The notes under the pieces: model-generated
The model's database searches: none
What the model was told of the DNA's origin: nothing
What the model saw: the letters and a program-made list of their open reading frames with translations, nothing else
Position numbers and translations under genes: made by a program
Origin: Thermoanaerobaculia bacterium
GTDB taxonomy: Bacteria; Acidobacteriota; Thermoanaerobaculia; Multivoradales; Multivoraceae
DNA: 64,000 nt
Assembly (NCBI GenBank): GCA_963666565.1
Contig: OY762911.1
Coordinates: 2,976,001-3,040,000, forward strand
Direction of reading: 5' to 3'
Shown here: positions 28,762 through 38,875 of the stretch, in pieces
How positions within the stretch are numbered: the first letter of the stretch is position 1
Layout of the letters: each line of letters opens with the position of its first letter

Positions 28762-31700
28762 TCAGGGCCGGGAAGAGGGCGGCGGCGCGCCAATGTACCG
28801 GCAGTGGCCGCGGGCGCCGAGCAGTTCGTCGATCCTGGACACCAGGCCGGCGTCGACCGGCGCCCGGCTGCCGTTCGCGCCGGCGATGACGGTGCGGTCG
28901 TCGAGCTCCAGTTCGAACTCGACGGCGACGCCGCCGTTGCGGCCGCGGCTGCGGCGGTTGTCGAGCAGGTCGCGCAGCCGTTCCAGGTCGTCCTCGAGGC
29001 CGTTGGCGCCGACGGCGGCCCGCCCGCGGAGGTCGAGGCGGATGCGAAGGCGGCGGGCGAGCTTGGCGGAGGCCTCTTCCAGCGGCACGACCTTGCCGAC
29101 CACCAGGTTCGGCTCCTCGCGCCGGCGGTCGACGCGGCCGGTGAAGAACAGGACGGCGCCGCGCTCCAGTTGCTCCTCGTACTCGGCGTAGGCATCGGCG
29201 AACAGCACGCCCTCGACGCGCGCGCTCTTGTCCTCGAGCTGGACCATCGCCATCTTCTGGCCGGGGTTGCGCCCCTTACGGGTGCGGGTGGTGCGGAGCG
29301 AGCCGAGCAGCGCTCCGAGCACCACCTCGGTGTCCGCCGGCAGGGCCTTCAACTGCTCGACGTTCACGTTGCCGAACCGTTCGAGCATCTCCCGGTGGTC
29401 GTCCAGCGGGTGGCTCGAGGCGAAGAAGCCCAGCGTCTCCTTCTCGTGGGTCAGGAGTTCGGTCGCGCTCCAGGGCGGCACGGCCGGCAGTTCCTGGCCG
29501 GCGTCGTCGGGCTCGTGCGCGTCCTCCGAACCGCCGCCGAACAGGAGGCTGCCCTGGCCGCTCTCGCGGTCGGCCGCCGCCCGCTGCCCGGCCTTGATCG
29601 CGGCCGGGAGCGCGTCGACCATGGCCGCCCGCTGGTCCTTGCCGTGGACGCCGTCGAAGGCGCCGGACTTGATCAGCGCCTCGACGGTCGTGCGGTTCAC
29701 CGTCTGGAGCGGCACCCGCCGGCAGAAGTCCCACAGGCTGCTGAACCCACCGCCCTCCTCGCGCGCTTCGAGGATGGCCCGCACCGCCTTCTCGCCGACG
29801 CCCTTGACCGCCGACAGCCCGAAGCGGATGTGCCCGGCGCCGCTCGTCTTCTTCTCGCCGGGCTCGAACACGACGTGGAAGCGGACGCCGGAGCGGTCGA
29901 TGTCGGGCGCGCCGACCTCGATCCCGCCTCCGCCCGGGAGCTTCACCCGCCCGCACTCGTCGACGTAGTGGACCAGCTTGTCCGTGCTGTCGGCGGCGTA
30001 GGTGAGGACGGCGGCCATGTACTGGACCGGGAAGTACGTCTTGAGGTACGCCGTCTGGTAGGCGAGCAGCGTGTAGCCCACGGAGTGGGACTTGTTGAAG
30101 CCGTAGCCCGCGAACTCCTCGATCAGGCCGAACAACCGCGTCGCCTGGTGCTTCGCAAGCCCCTTGTCCCGGGCGCCGGCGACGAAGCGCTGCCGGGCCG
30201 CGTTGATCGTCTTCCGGCTCTTCTTGCTGATCGCCTTGATCAGCGTGTACGCCTCGCGGAGCGGCACGTCGCCCAGCTCGTGGACGATCTGCATCACCTG
30301 TTCCTGGTAGACCATGATGCCGTGAGTGTCGGCCGTGTGCCGGTCGACGATCTCGTGGACCCGCGGGGTCTCCTCGCGGCCGTGCTTGCGGTCGCAGTAG
30401 GTGGGGATGAGCGCCATCGGTCCGGGCCGGAAGAGGGCGTTGGCGGCGACCAGGTCTTCCAGCCGGTCGGGTTTCATCTGCAGCAGCAGGTTGCGCATGC
30501 CCTCCGACTCGAACTGGAACGTGCCGGCGGTGTCGGCGCTGGCGAAGACCTCCAGCACCTTCGGGTCGGCGAGGTCGATGCGGTCGAGGTCGAGCGGGTC
30601 CTCTCCCTCGGCGGCGCCCGGAACGGCCGCGGCGATCGCCTCCGGCGGCAGGGTCTCGCGCACGAGCTGGCGGCAGCGCTCGATGATGGACAGGGTGGTC
30701 AGGCCCAGGAAGTCCATCTTCAGCAGGCCCATCTTCTCGACGGTGGGGCCGTCCCACTGGGTCACCAGCACGTCCTTCGAGCCCTGGGTGCGGCTGGTGG
30801 CGAGCGGCACCAGGTTCTCGAGCGGCTGGGTCGCGATGACCAGCCCGGCGGCGTGAACGCCGCTGTGCCGGGTGATTCCCTCGAGCTGCCGGGCGGTGTC
30901 GATCGTCTCGCGGACCTGCTCGTCGCCGTCGTAGAGGTCCTTCAGTTCCTTCTCGCGGCCCAGGGCCTGTTCGATCGTCACGCCGAGTTCGGAACCGATC
31001 AGCTTCGAGATGCGGTCGACCTGGGCGAGCGGAAGTTCGAGGACCCGTCCGACGTCCCGGATCGCGGCGCGCGCCTTCATCGTGCCGAAGGTGATGATCT
31101 GGGCGACGTAGCCGTACTTCTCGCGGACGTACTCGAGGATCTCGGCCCGGCCGTCCTGACACAGGTCGATGTCGATGTCGGGGTACTCGCTGCGGTCCGG
31201 GTCGGTGAAGCGCTCGAACAGCAGGCCGTAGCGGACCGGGCAGGCGTGCGAGAGGCCGAGCGTGTAGCCGACCATCGTGCCGACGCCCGAGCCGCGCGCC
31301 GTGGCCGGGATGCCGCGCTTGCGGGCCTCGTTGACGAAGTCCCAGACGATCAGGAAGTAGGCGCTGATTCGCTTGCCGGCGAGGACGGAGAGTTCGTGGT
31401 CGAGACGGCGGCGGTGAGCGTCCTCGATCCGGTCGCCGTAGCGCCAGGCGAGACCGGCCTCGCTGAGTTCCCGCAGGGCGCGGTCGCAGTCGGCGTGGAG
31501 GACGGCCAGTTCCTCCTCGCCCGGCTGCTCGGCCAGCGGTTCCACGCGGTAGCCGGCGCAGAAGCGGTCGAACCGGGCGTCGCTGCCCGGCTCGGGCGCC
31601 GCCGCGCCGGCCGGCAGAGGTTCGGGTTCCGTGCGCTCGACCCGGACCAGCGGCGCGTGGTTGGCGGTGAAGTCGAGTTCGACGTTGCAGCGGTCGGCGA

Positions 31701-32565
31701 TGCGGCGGGTGTTGCGGAGCGCCTCGGCGGTCGCCGGCTCGTCGAAGAGCTCCGTCATCTGCTCGGGGCTCTTGACGTAGAGCTCCTTCGGATAGTGGAG
31801 CCGGTCCTCCGACTGCTTCGGCTTGTTCGTCGAGACGCAGATCAGCGTGTCGTGGCTGTCCCAGTCCTCGGCGGTCAGGAAGTGCGGGTCGTTGTCGCAG
31901 ACGAGGGGCAGGTCGAGGTCGGCGGCGAGGCGCAGGACCAGGTCGTTGACCTCGTCCTGCTCGGTGGTGTCGTGCCGCTGCAGTTCGAGGTAGAAGCAGG
32001 GCTCGCCGTCCTCGTCGGCGGGGAAGGTGTCCCGGTGCCACTCCGCTTCCCGGCGGGCCCGCTCGTAGTGCTCTTCGGCGCCGGTCTCGATGCGCTTGCG
32101 CAGATGGTAGGCGAGGGAGGAGCCGAGGTGGCCGTTGATGGCGATCAGGCCCTCGCTCCAGCGTTCGAGCGTGCCCTTGTCCATCCGCGGCTTGTAGTAG
32201 AAGCCCTCGATGTAGCTGTCGGAGGACAGCTTGACCAGGTTGCGCCAGCCCTCCTGGTTGCGGGCCAGCAGGACCAGGTGGAAGCCGCCGTCGGCGACGC
32301 CGTGGGTCTCCTTGTGGCGGCGGTCCGAGGTCTCCGTCTCGATGTCGGGCGCCACGTACGCCTCGATGCCCAGGATCGGCTTGATGTCCTTCTTCCGGCA
32401 GGCCTCGTAGAAGGCGACGGCGCCGAACAGGTTGCCGTGGTCGGTCAGCGCCACCGCGTCCATACCGAACCCGGCGATGCGGTCGACCAGGGGGCCCATC
32501 CGGTTGCCGCCGTCGAGCAGCGAGTACTCCGAGTGGAGGTGGAGGTGGACGAAGTCGGGCGCCAT
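28762..32565 (-). CDS. dnaE: DNA polymerase III alpha subunit (1267 aa)
   Basis: FVHLHLHSEYSLLDG, ALTDHGNLFGA, RGSGVG, LLFERF...PDIDID, GLLKMDFLGL, YGFNKSH, IRFGLSAVKGVG and an OB fold. The true start is ATG 32565, not 35625. Confidence 0.97.
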   Translation of the reverse strand: MAPDFVHLHLHSEYSLLDGGNRMGPLVDRIAGFGMDAVALTDHGNLFGAVAFYEACRKKDIKPILGIEAYVAPDIETETSDRRHKETHGVADGGFHLVLLARNQEGWRNLVKLSSDSYIEGFYYKPRMDKGTLERWSEGLIAINGHLGSSLAYHLRKRIETGAEEHYERARREAEWHRDTFPADEDGEPCFYLELQRHDTTEQDEVNDLVLRLAADLDLPLVCDNDPHFLTAEDWDSHDTLICVSTNKPKQSEDRLHYPKELYVKSPEQMTELFDEPATAEALRNTRRIADRCNVELDFTANHAPLVRVERTEPEPLPAGAAAPEPGSDARFDRFCAGYRVEPLAEQPGEEELAVLHADCDRALRELSEAGLAWRYGDRIEDAHRRRLDHELSVLAGKRISAYFLIVWDFVNEARKRGIPATARGSGVGTMVGYTLGLSHACPVRYGLLFERFTDPDRSEYPDIDIDLCQDGRAEILEYVREKYGYVAQIITFGTMKARAAIRDVGRVLELPLAQVDRISKLIGSELGVTIEQALGREKELKDLYDGDEQVRETIDTARQLEGITRHSGVHAAGLVIATQPLENLVPLATSRTQGSKDVLVTQWDGPTVEKMGLLKMDFLGLTTLSIIERCRQLVRETLPPEAIAAAVPGAAEGEDPLDLDRIDLADPKVLEVFASADTAGTFQFESEGMRNLLLQMKPDRLEDLVAANALFRPGPMALIPTYCDRKHGREETPRVHEIVDRHTADTHGIMVYQEQVMQIVHELGDVPLREAYTLIKAISKKSRKTINAARQRFVAGARDKGLAKHQATRLFGLIEEFAGYGFNKSHSVGYTLLAYQTAYLKTYFPVQYMAAVLTYAADSTDKLVHYVDECGRVKLPGGGGIEVGAPDIDRSGVRFHVVFEPGEKKTSGAGHIRFGLSAVKGVGEKAVRAILEAREEGGGFSSLWDFCRRVPLQTVNRTTVEALIKSGAFDGVHGKDQRAAMVDALPAAIKAGQRAAADRESGQGSLLFGGGSEDAHEPDDAGQELPAVPPWSATELLTHEKETLGFFASSHPLDDHREMLERFGNVNVEQLKALPADTEVVLGALLGSLRTTRTRKGRNPGQKMAMVQLEDKSARVEGVLFADAYAEYEEQLERGAVLFFTGRVDRRREEPNLVVGKVVPLEEASAKLARRLRIRLDLRGRAAVGANGLEDDLERLRDLLDNRRSRGRNGGVAVEFELELDDRTVIAGANGSRAPVDAGLVSRIDELLGARGHCRYIGAPPPSSRP

Positions 32566-32721
32566 GCTCGGTGCGAGTGTACGCGGCCGGCCGGGGCCTG
32601 TGGAACGCCGTCGCGCCGCCGCGACGCCGGCTAGCTTCTCACCGCCGGCGGGACGGCGCAAGCGGTTCGCCTGAGCGGCGTTTACGGCAGGCGAACCGGG
32701 TTCGAGGCGGTCCGTTCCGTC

Positions 32722-35019
32722 ATGGTCCATGTGGCTGCTGGATCGGTCGACTGGACGACGGCGCTTCGCCGGGCGCCGCTGCTGCCCCTGGCCGCGGCGT
32801 TGGCCCTGCTGTTGCTGGCGCGCGGCGGGGACGGCGCGCGCGCGCCGGCCTTCGATCCGGAGCGGCCGGTCGTGGCGGAGGTCGCCGTGCCGACTCTCGG
32901 CGCCTCGGCCTGGCAGCGGGACGAGGACGGATGGACGGCGAGGGCAAGGGTGCGCTGGACCGAGCAGGCGGGCCGGCGGCTCGACGGACCGGCGCGCGTC
33001 TGGCTCCGGTTGCGGGACGAGGGCGCGCCGCCGCGGGAGAGGCGGCTTCGCGTTCGCGGCTACTTCTCGCGGCGGCCGGCGTACCGCAACCTGCACGTGT
33101 CCCGGCCGGGCGAGTGGGGCCTCAACGTGAAGAGCCGCCGGTTGATCGAGGCCGCGGGAAGCGAACCGGGCGCGGGCCTTCGCGCGCTCGGCGGGCTGCG
33201 GCACCGGCTCCTGCGGCCGGTCGACGAGGCGGAGGGCCCCGGCGCCCTGCTGGCCCGCGCTCTGGTGTTCGGCGACGCGCGCCGGGCGCCGCCGGAGTGG
33301 CGCACGGGGCTGCGCCGAGCCGGCCTCTCCCACCTCCTCGCCGTCTCGGGTCTGCACGTCGGGCTGCTGCTGGGCGGGTTCTGGTGGGTCTTCGGCGCGG
33401 TGTCCGGCCGTCTCGCCTGGGCCGGCGCCGTTTCCGTCCTGCTGCTCTACGGGTGCCTCGTCGGCCCGCGGCCGTCCTTTCTCCGGGCGGCGATCATGGC
33501 CCTGCTGGTGGTTCTGGCGATGGCGCTCGAGCGGCCGCCGCAGGCGCTCAATTCGCTGTGCGCCGCGGCGATCCTGATCCTCGCGCTCGATCCGGCCGCC
33601 GGCGGGGATCTCGGCTTTCAGCTCAGCTTTCTGGCCACGGCGGGGATCCTGATCCTGGCGCCCCGCCTGCTGAACCGGTGGCGGGGAGACGCGGCGGCCG
33701 ACCCACCGAACCCGGTGGCGGTTGCGCTGGCCGCCACCGTCGCGGCGCAGCTTGCGACGCTGCCGATCGTGGCGGTCGAGATCGGCCTTCTCACGCCGCT
33801 TTCGCCGTTGCTCAACCTGGCGTTCGTGCCCCTGACGGCGGTGGTGCTCGGCGTTTCGCTGGTCTGGGTCGCCCTGGCGGCCCTGGCCTCGGCGCCCGTG
33901 CTGGCGTTCGTTGCGGGGCCGTGCGCCCGGGCCGTGCAGGCGATTCTCGATCTGCTGAGCCTGCCCTTCGCCTGGCTCGCGCACCTGCCGCCGGGCTCGT
34001 GGTTCGCCCTGCCGGTGAGCGTCGATGGGGCGGCCGCCCTGACCCTGGCGCTTTGGCTCGGCGTCCTGGCGTCGGGGTTCCGGCGGGCGGTCTGGGGCGT
34101 CGCGCTGGTGCTGGTCTGCACGCCGGCGTTGCCGGACGACGAGCCGGTTCTGGCGATGCTCGACGTCGGGCAGGGCGAGGCCATTCTGCTGCGAAGCGGC
34201 GAGCGCGGCCCGGTCGTCCTGGTGGATGGCGGCGGCTTCCGGCGCGGCAACTTCGCCGAGGCGGCCCTGCTCCAGGCCCTCGCGGCGGAAGGCGTCCGGC
34301 GGATCGACCTGGCGATCCTCTCGCACGGCGACTCCGATCACTGTCAGGGTCTTCTCGACCTGAGCCGGTACCTGCGGATCGAGCGGCTGTGGGCGGCGCC
34401 GGTCGAGATCCGGGACGGCTGCGGCCGCGCCTTGGCGGATCGGCTGCGCGGGCGGGTGCGGAAGGTGGAGCGGGGTTTCGCCGGGCGAGTGGGCGCCTGG
34501 AACCTGGAAGTCCTCCATCCCGGGCCGGGTCGGACGGAGGGCGGCAACTCGGCCTCCCTCGTCCTGCGTGGTTGCGTCAGCGGCGAGGCGAGCCCGGGTG
34601 AGCCGGATTCCGGCCGCCGACCGAGGCCGGGAGAGGATCGCGACCTGGACGTCGAGGCCGGGCTGTGCGTGCTCTTGACCGGCGACCTCGACGTCGCTGG
34701 CGAACGGGGACTGCTGGCCCGCACCCGTCGCGAGGACGCTTCGGTAGGAAGCGACGTCCTGAAGGTGGGCCACCACGGCAGCAGAACCTCGACCGGCGCC
34801 GCGCTGCTGGCGGCGGTGAAGCCACGTCTGGCCCTGGTGTCGGCCGGCCGACGCAATCCGTACGGCCATCCTTCGCCGGAGGTGCTGGCGAGACTGGAAC
34901 GCCGGGGGGTTCGCGTTCTGCGAACGGACCTTCATGGCCGGATCGAGGTGCGCTTCCGCCGCGACGGCGCCGGCGGCCGCCGGCCTGTCGTGCGTGTCGT
35001 CGACTGGCCACGCCGCTGA
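32722..35019 (+). CDS. comEC: DNA internalization competence protein ComEC/Rec2
   Basis: GLSHLLAVSGLHVG, GFQLSF, multiple TM segments, and an MBL domain (LDVGQGEA, SHGDSDH, LLTGD, KVGHHGS, NPYGHP). Start uncertain. Confidence 0.93.
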   Translation: MVHVAAGSVDWTTALRRAPLLPLAAALALLLLARGGDGARAPAFDPERPVVAEVAVPTLGASAWQRDEDGWTARARVRWTEQAGRRLDGPARVWLRLRDEGAPPRERRLRVRGYFSRRPAYRNLHVSRPGEWGLNVKSRRLIEAAGSEPGAGLRALGGLRHRLLRPVDEAEGPGALLARALVFGDARRAPPEWRTGLRRAGLSHLLAVSGLHVGLLLGGFWWVFGAVSGRLAWAGAVSVLLLYGCLVGPRPSFLRAAIMALLVVLAMALERPPQALNSLCAAAILILALDPAAGGDLGFQLSFLATAGILILAPRLLNRWRGDAAADPPNPVAVALAATVAAQLATLPIVAVEIGLLTPLSPLLNLAFVPLTAVVLGVSLVWVALAALASAPVLAFVAGPCARAVQAILDLLSLPFAWLAHLPPGSWFALPVSVDGAAALTLALWLGVLASGFRRAVWGVALVLVCTPALPDDEPVLAMLDVGQGEAILLRSGERGPVVLVDGGGFRRGNFAEAALLQALAAEGVRRIDLAILSHGDSDHCQGLLDLSRYLRIERLWAAPVEIRDGCGRALADRLRGRVRKVERGFAGRVGAWNLEVLHPGPGRTEGGNSASLVLRGCVSGEASPGEPDSGRRPRPGEDRDLDVEAGLCVLLTGDLDVAGERGLLARTRREDASVGSDVLKVGHHGSRTSTGAALLAAVKPRLALVSAGRRNPYGHPSPEVLARLERRGVRVLRTDLHGRIEVRFRRDGAGGRRPVVRVVDWPRR

Positions 35020-35025
35020 CGCTCG

Positions 35026-35167
35026 CTGGGTGCGCGGGTCCTCCGACCCGCTCCGGGTGCAGCCGCGAAAGCGGCGGGGACCGGGGAGAGAACGGATGCC
35101 GGCCAGAGGCCGGCGCCGACTGGGCGCCGCCTTCGGGGGCAGCGGGTCAGAAGACCCGCGTACCCAG
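35026..35167. repeat. REPIN-like element (inverted REP pair)
   Basis: CTGGGTGCGCGGGTCCTCCGACCCGC (35026-51) ... GCGGGTCAGAAGACCCGCGTACCCAG (35142-67). Confidence 0.85.
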
Positions 35168-35225
35168 TGGACCCGGCGGGCGGCCCGTTCCTTCCAACGG
35201 CGCGGGGCGGGGCTATCCTGCGCGC

Positions 35226-36218
35226 ATGTCTCCGCTTCCCTGGCAGGCCGTCGCCGTACTCGGCCCGACCGCCACCGGCAAGAGCTCCTTCGCGATGGCC
35301 CTCGCCGCCGATTTCGCGGCCCGCGGGCTCGCCGTCGAGTTGATCGGCGCCGATGCCTTGCAGGCCTATCGGGGGCTCGCCATCGGCACGGCGAAGCCCG
35401 GTCCGAGAGCCCGGACGCGGGTGCGGCACCACCTCGTCGACATCCTCGAACCGCACCAGACCTTCTCGGCCGGCGAGTTCGCGCGCCGCGCGGCCGCCGC
35501 GGTGGAGGAGATCGAGGCCCGCGGTGCGCTGCCGGTCTTCGTCGGCGGCAGCGGCTTCTACCTGCGCGCGCTCCTTGAGGGCCTGGCGCCGGTACCGGCA
35601 ATCGATCCCGAGATGCGCGAGGCACTGCGGGCCGACCTGCGCTCGCGCGGCCTCTGCGTTCTGGTCGAGGAACTTCGCCGGCTCGACCCCGAGAGCGCGG
35701 CGAACCTGGCGCCGGGCGACACGCAGCGCGTCCTTCGGGCGCTCGAGGTCGCGCGCGCCACCGGCCGCCCGCTGTCCGAGTGGCAGCGCCAGGGGACGGA
35801 GCGGCGCCTCGAGCGGCGCGTGCTCAAGGTCGGATTGACCCTGCCGAGAGCCGTTCTGTACGATGCCGTGGAGAAGCGGGCGAGACGCATGCTGGAGCGC
35901 GGCTGGCTTGCCGAGGTCGAACGGCTGCGGGAAGCCGCGGAGGCGCGCGGCGGTTGTCCATGCGGGGAGTTGCCGGCGTTCCAGGCCATCGGCTACCGCC
36001 AACTCGCCGGCCACCTGGATGGGAAGTTGACGCTGGAGGAGGCCTTGGAGGAGACGATCCGGGCGACCCGCCGCTACGCCAAGCGGCAGGAGACGTGGTT
36101 CCGCAAGGAGCCCGGCGTCCGCTGGATCGATGTCTCGCGGGCCGGCGAAGCCGAGCGGATCCGGCGGCGGGTCGTCGAGGCACTGGCCAGCGGCCGGCCG
36201 GTCGAGGCGTCGCCGTGA
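35226..36218 (+). CDS. miaA: tRNA dimethylallyltransferase
   Basis: GPTATGKS, ADALQAYRGLAIGTAKP, HHLVD, VGGSGFY, RVLRALEV, QAIGY and TRRYAKRQETWF. Confidence 0.96.
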   Translation: MSPLPWQAVAVLGPTATGKSSFAMALAADFAARGLAVELIGADALQAYRGLAIGTAKPGPRARTRVRHHLVDILEPHQTFSAGEFARRAAAAVEEIEARGALPVFVGGSGFYLRALLEGLAPVPAIDPEMREALRADLRSRGLCVLVEELRRLDPESAANLAPGDTQRVLRALEVARATGRPLSEWQRQGTERRLERRVLKVGLTLPRAVLYDAVEKRARRMLERGWLAEVERLREAAEARGGCPCGELPAFQAIGYRQLAGHLDGKLTLEEALEETIRATRRYAKRQETWFRKEPGVRWIDVSRAGEAERIRRRVVEALASGRPVEASP

Positions 36219-37213
36219 GCGCCTCCCGCTACCTGGGGGCGGCGTTGGCCGCCGCCCTTGGGGGCGGCGCCTGCATTTCGACTGCCATTGTCGAACCGCC
36301 GCCACCCGATGTCGCCGAGATCGACGCTGGCAGCCCGACTGGCGAGGTGTCCGCGTCGGTGCCCGAGGCGGTTGTCGAGGAGGAGGCCATCGGGGAGGTC
36401 AGGCGCCGGATCGTTGCGGCACTCGATGCCGGGAAGCTGGCCGACGCCGCAACGCACCTCGAGGTGCTCCGATTACGGGCGCCCGGCGATGCGGCGACCA
36501 TCGACCTGGGACGCCGCCTCGCGCGAGCCCGCGGAGACGCCGGGGCCGAACTGGCGGCGACGCGGGAACTCGTCGCGGCCGGCGCCGCCTCCGTGGACGT
36601 GCTCCAGCGCCAGGCGGCGCTGGAACTCGAGGCGGGAGACGCCCGCCGCGGACTGGAGCTCTACGAAGAGCTCGCCGAACGGCATCCCGGGAACGCCGAG
36701 ATCGAGGCCGGCCTGACCGCGGCCCGCTTCGCCTGGCGCATCCGGCTGCTGCCGGAACGCGTGGGGAGACTGGCGCGGGCGTCGAACCTGCTTCGGGGAG
36801 ACTTCGCGGCGCTCACTGCCTGGCTCCTGCCCGGGATCAGGACCGGGCCGGCCGGCGACACCGTCATCGTCAGCGACATCCTGGAGCATCCCCACCGGCG
36901 CGAGATCGCGCGGCTCCTGAATCTGGGGCTGATGGAACCCGCGGACGCGGCGGTTCGCCGGTTCGGGCCGAACAACTACATGCGCCGGGGGCCGGCCCTG
37001 GCGACGCTGCTCCGCATGCCGGGCCGCATCGGCCGCGGTGCGGCCTGCGTCGGCGAGGCGGGCGCACCGGCCGCGGACGACGTGGACGCCGTGTGCGCGG
37101 CGGCCCTGCGCTGCCGGCTGATCTCGGGGCCGTCGGAGTGCCGCCCGGAGCGGGCGGTTTCGGGGCCCGAGGCCGTGGAGGCCCTGCGCCGCACGCGTCA
37201 CCTGATCGAGTAA
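36215..37213 (+). CDS. Lipoprotein with TPR-like helices and a possible S-layer-homology-like C-terminus
   Basis: GTGA overlap and lipobox GGA|C. Helical repeats, then SDILEHPHRREIARLLNLGLM....RFGPNNYMRRG. Confidence 0.7.
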   Translation: MSASRYLGAALAAALGGGACISTAIVEPPPPDVAEIDAGSPTGEVSASVPEAVVEEEAIGEVRRRIVAALDAGKLADAATHLEVLRLRAPGDAATIDLGRRLARARGDAGAELAATRELVAAGAASVDVLQRQAALELEAGDARRGLELYEELAERHPGNAEIEAGLTAARFAWRIRLLPERVGRLARASNLLRGDFAALTAWLLPGIRTGPAGDTVIVSDILEHPHRREIARLLNLGLMEPADAAVRRFGPNNYMRRGPALATLLRMPGRIGRGAACVGEAGAPAADDVDAVCAAALRCRLISGPSECRPERAVSGPEAVEALRRTRHLIE

Positions 37214-37306
37214 CGTCGCCGCCTGGATACGCCGGACCCGGCCCGCCGAGAGCGGCAATCGTCAGGCGGGCAAGCCCGGCAACCCCTCGACCGTTCGGAG
37301 CCGCCG

Positions 37307-37930
37307 ATGACCGCAGTCGCTTCTTCCGCCGCCGCCAAGCTCGACCGGGATCGGGCCATCGTCCTCGTCATCGACCTCCAGGGCCGGCTGGTGGACCTGA
37401 TGGACCGGTCGCGAATGCTGCTGGACGGCACCGCCCGGTTGCTGCGGCTGGCGCAGTTGTTCGACCTGCCGGTCATCGTGACCGAGCAGTACCCGCGGGG
37501 CCTGGGGCCGACGCGCGAGGAGGTGGAGGAGGCGATCGCGGAGACGGACCCGGACGGCAGCCGCACCCGGCGGGTCGAGAAGGACTCGTTCGGCTGCTGC
37601 GGCGTGCCGGCGTTCGAGGAGGCGCTGGACGCCGCGAGGCCCGGATTGCCGGCGTCCGAGCGGCAGGTCGTCGTGGCCGGAATCGAGGCGCACATCTGCG
37701 TCGTCCAGACCGTGCTCGACCTGCTGGGGCGCGGCACGGACGTCCACGTCTGCTGGGACTGCGTCAGTTCCCGCGGCGAGGAGTACCGGCGCCATGCGCT
37801 CGATCGGATGGGAAACGCGGGCGCGCAGATCACGAACCACGAGTCGGTGGCCTTCGAGCTTGCCCGGGACAAGGACCATCCCCGGTTCAAGGGCGTGAAC
37901 CGGCTGCTTCGGGAGGGCCAGATCGCTTGA
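37307..37930 (+). CDS. Isochorismatase-family hydrolase
   Basis: VLVIDLQGRL, TEQYPRGLGPT, EKDSFGC and VAGIEAHICVVQT. Confidence 0.92.
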   Translation: MTAVASSAAAKLDRDRAIVLVIDLQGRLVDLMDRSRMLLDGTARLLRLAQLFDLPVIVTEQYPRGLGPTREEVEEAIAETDPDGSRTRRVEKDSFGCCGVPAFEEALDAARPGLPASERQVVVAGIEAHICVVQTVLDLLGRGTDVHVCWDCVSSRGEEYRRHALDRMGNAGAQITNHESVAFELARDKDHPRFKGVNRLLREGQIA

Positions 37931-38745
37931 TTCCGGCGCACCGACAGGCCGCCAGAGCGGAGCCGGCCTCCGGCCGGCGCTGTTCTTCGGCCGCCTCCGG
38001 CGGCAGCGGGTCGGAAGACCCGCGCACCCGGCGGATCCTGTTCCCCGCGCGGCAGCGCCGCGGAGACCCGCTGGCCCTGCTGGCGTGGGCCGTGGTGGCG
38101 GCGTTGCTGTGCCAGCTTGCCGTCGCCCAGGCGCCGGCGGAGGCGAAGGACGACGAGGCGGCGGTCCGCGCGACCTTCGAGGCCTACCGCCAGGCGTTGA
38201 TGGCCGGCGACGGGGAGACGGCGGCAGCTCTGGTCGACCGGGACACCGGGACGTACTTCGGGGAGCTCAAGCGGCTGGCGCTCGAGGGAAGCGAGGAGGA
38301 GGTTCGCCAGCGGACGTTCGTCGATCGCCTGCTGGTCGTCGCCTTCCGCCACCAGTTCGCCAGCGAGGAGCTGGCGTCGATGCAACTCGCCGACGTCGTC
38401 GTGCGCGCCACGGAGATCGGCTGGATCAACTCGACGGCGATCGAGCAACTGGCCGTCGGCGCGGTGCGGATCGAGGGGAACGAGGCGACGGCCGCCGCCC
38501 GGACCCGGGCGTCGCTCGAGGATCCTTCTCTCGCGGGCGGGATGGACGAGCTGGCGTATCGCTTCGTCAACGAGGGCGGGCAGTGGAAGTTCCGGTTCAG
38601 CGCGCTCGTCTCGTCGATCGACGAGGTGATGCGCGACCTCGCGGCGCAGCTCGGCACGGACGAGGACGACCTCATCTTCACGCTGGTCGAGTCCCTGACG
38701 GGCGTGGAGGTGCTGCCGGAGGTCTGGGAGTCGCGGGAGCGCTGA
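37927..38745 (+). CDS. Secreted hypothetical protein, possibly with an NTF2-like fold
   Basis: TTGA overlap with the upstream stop. Signal peptide LALLAWAVVAALLCQLAVA, then AVRATFEAYRQALMAGDGETAAALV...YRFVNEGGQWKF. Start uncertain. Confidence 0.72.
   Translation: MIPAHRQAARAEPASGRRCSSAASGGSGSEDPRTRRILFPARQRRGDPLALLAWAVVAALLCQLAVAQAPAEAKDDEAAVRATFEAYRQALMAGDGETAAALVDRDTGTYFGELKRLALEGSEEEVRQRTFVDRLLVVAFRHQFASEELASMQLADVVVRATEIGWINSTAIEQLAVGAVRIEGNEATAAARTRASLEDPSLAGGMDELAYRFVNEGGQWKFRFSALVSSIDEVMRDLAAQLGTDEDDLIFTLVESLTGVEVLPEVWESRER
37959..38031. repeat. REP with type-A arm (three-hairpin unit of about 73 bp)
   Basis: Its reverse complement matches the units at 54877-54946 and 55181-55253. 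Confidence 0.82.
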
Positions 38746-38757
38746 TCGGGAGCGGCG

Positions 38758-38841
38758 GCGGGTCGGAGGACCCGCGCACCCGGCGGGCGGGTCGGAAGAC
38801 CCGCGCACCCGGCAGGCGGGTCGGAGGACGCGCGCACCCGG
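38758..38841 (+). repeat. Three tandem REP copies with a 29-bp period
   Basis: GCGGGTCGGA(A/G)GAC(C/G)CGCGCACCCGG at 38758, 38787 and 38816. Confidence 0.9.
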
Positions 38842-38875
38842 CGGCGCCGGCCGTTCGGTGCGGTACGATCCCGCC

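Noticed and set aside
28762-32565. Intein in dnaE
   Set aside because: The GYGFNKSH region is uninterrupted and there is no C...HN-bounded insertion. The insertions seen are short.
32566-35625. 1020-aa N-terminal extension of DnaE (2287-aa ORF)
   Set aside because: It is the stop-free antisense shadow of comEC/miaA with Arg/Pro-rich composition. The canonical DnaE N-terminus starts at ATG 32565.
38758-38841. Possible mini-CRISPR array (also 27235-27310)
   Set aside because: The repeats are separated by only 2-7 nt, there are no unique spacers or cas genes, and the unit is a dispersed REP-like palindrome.
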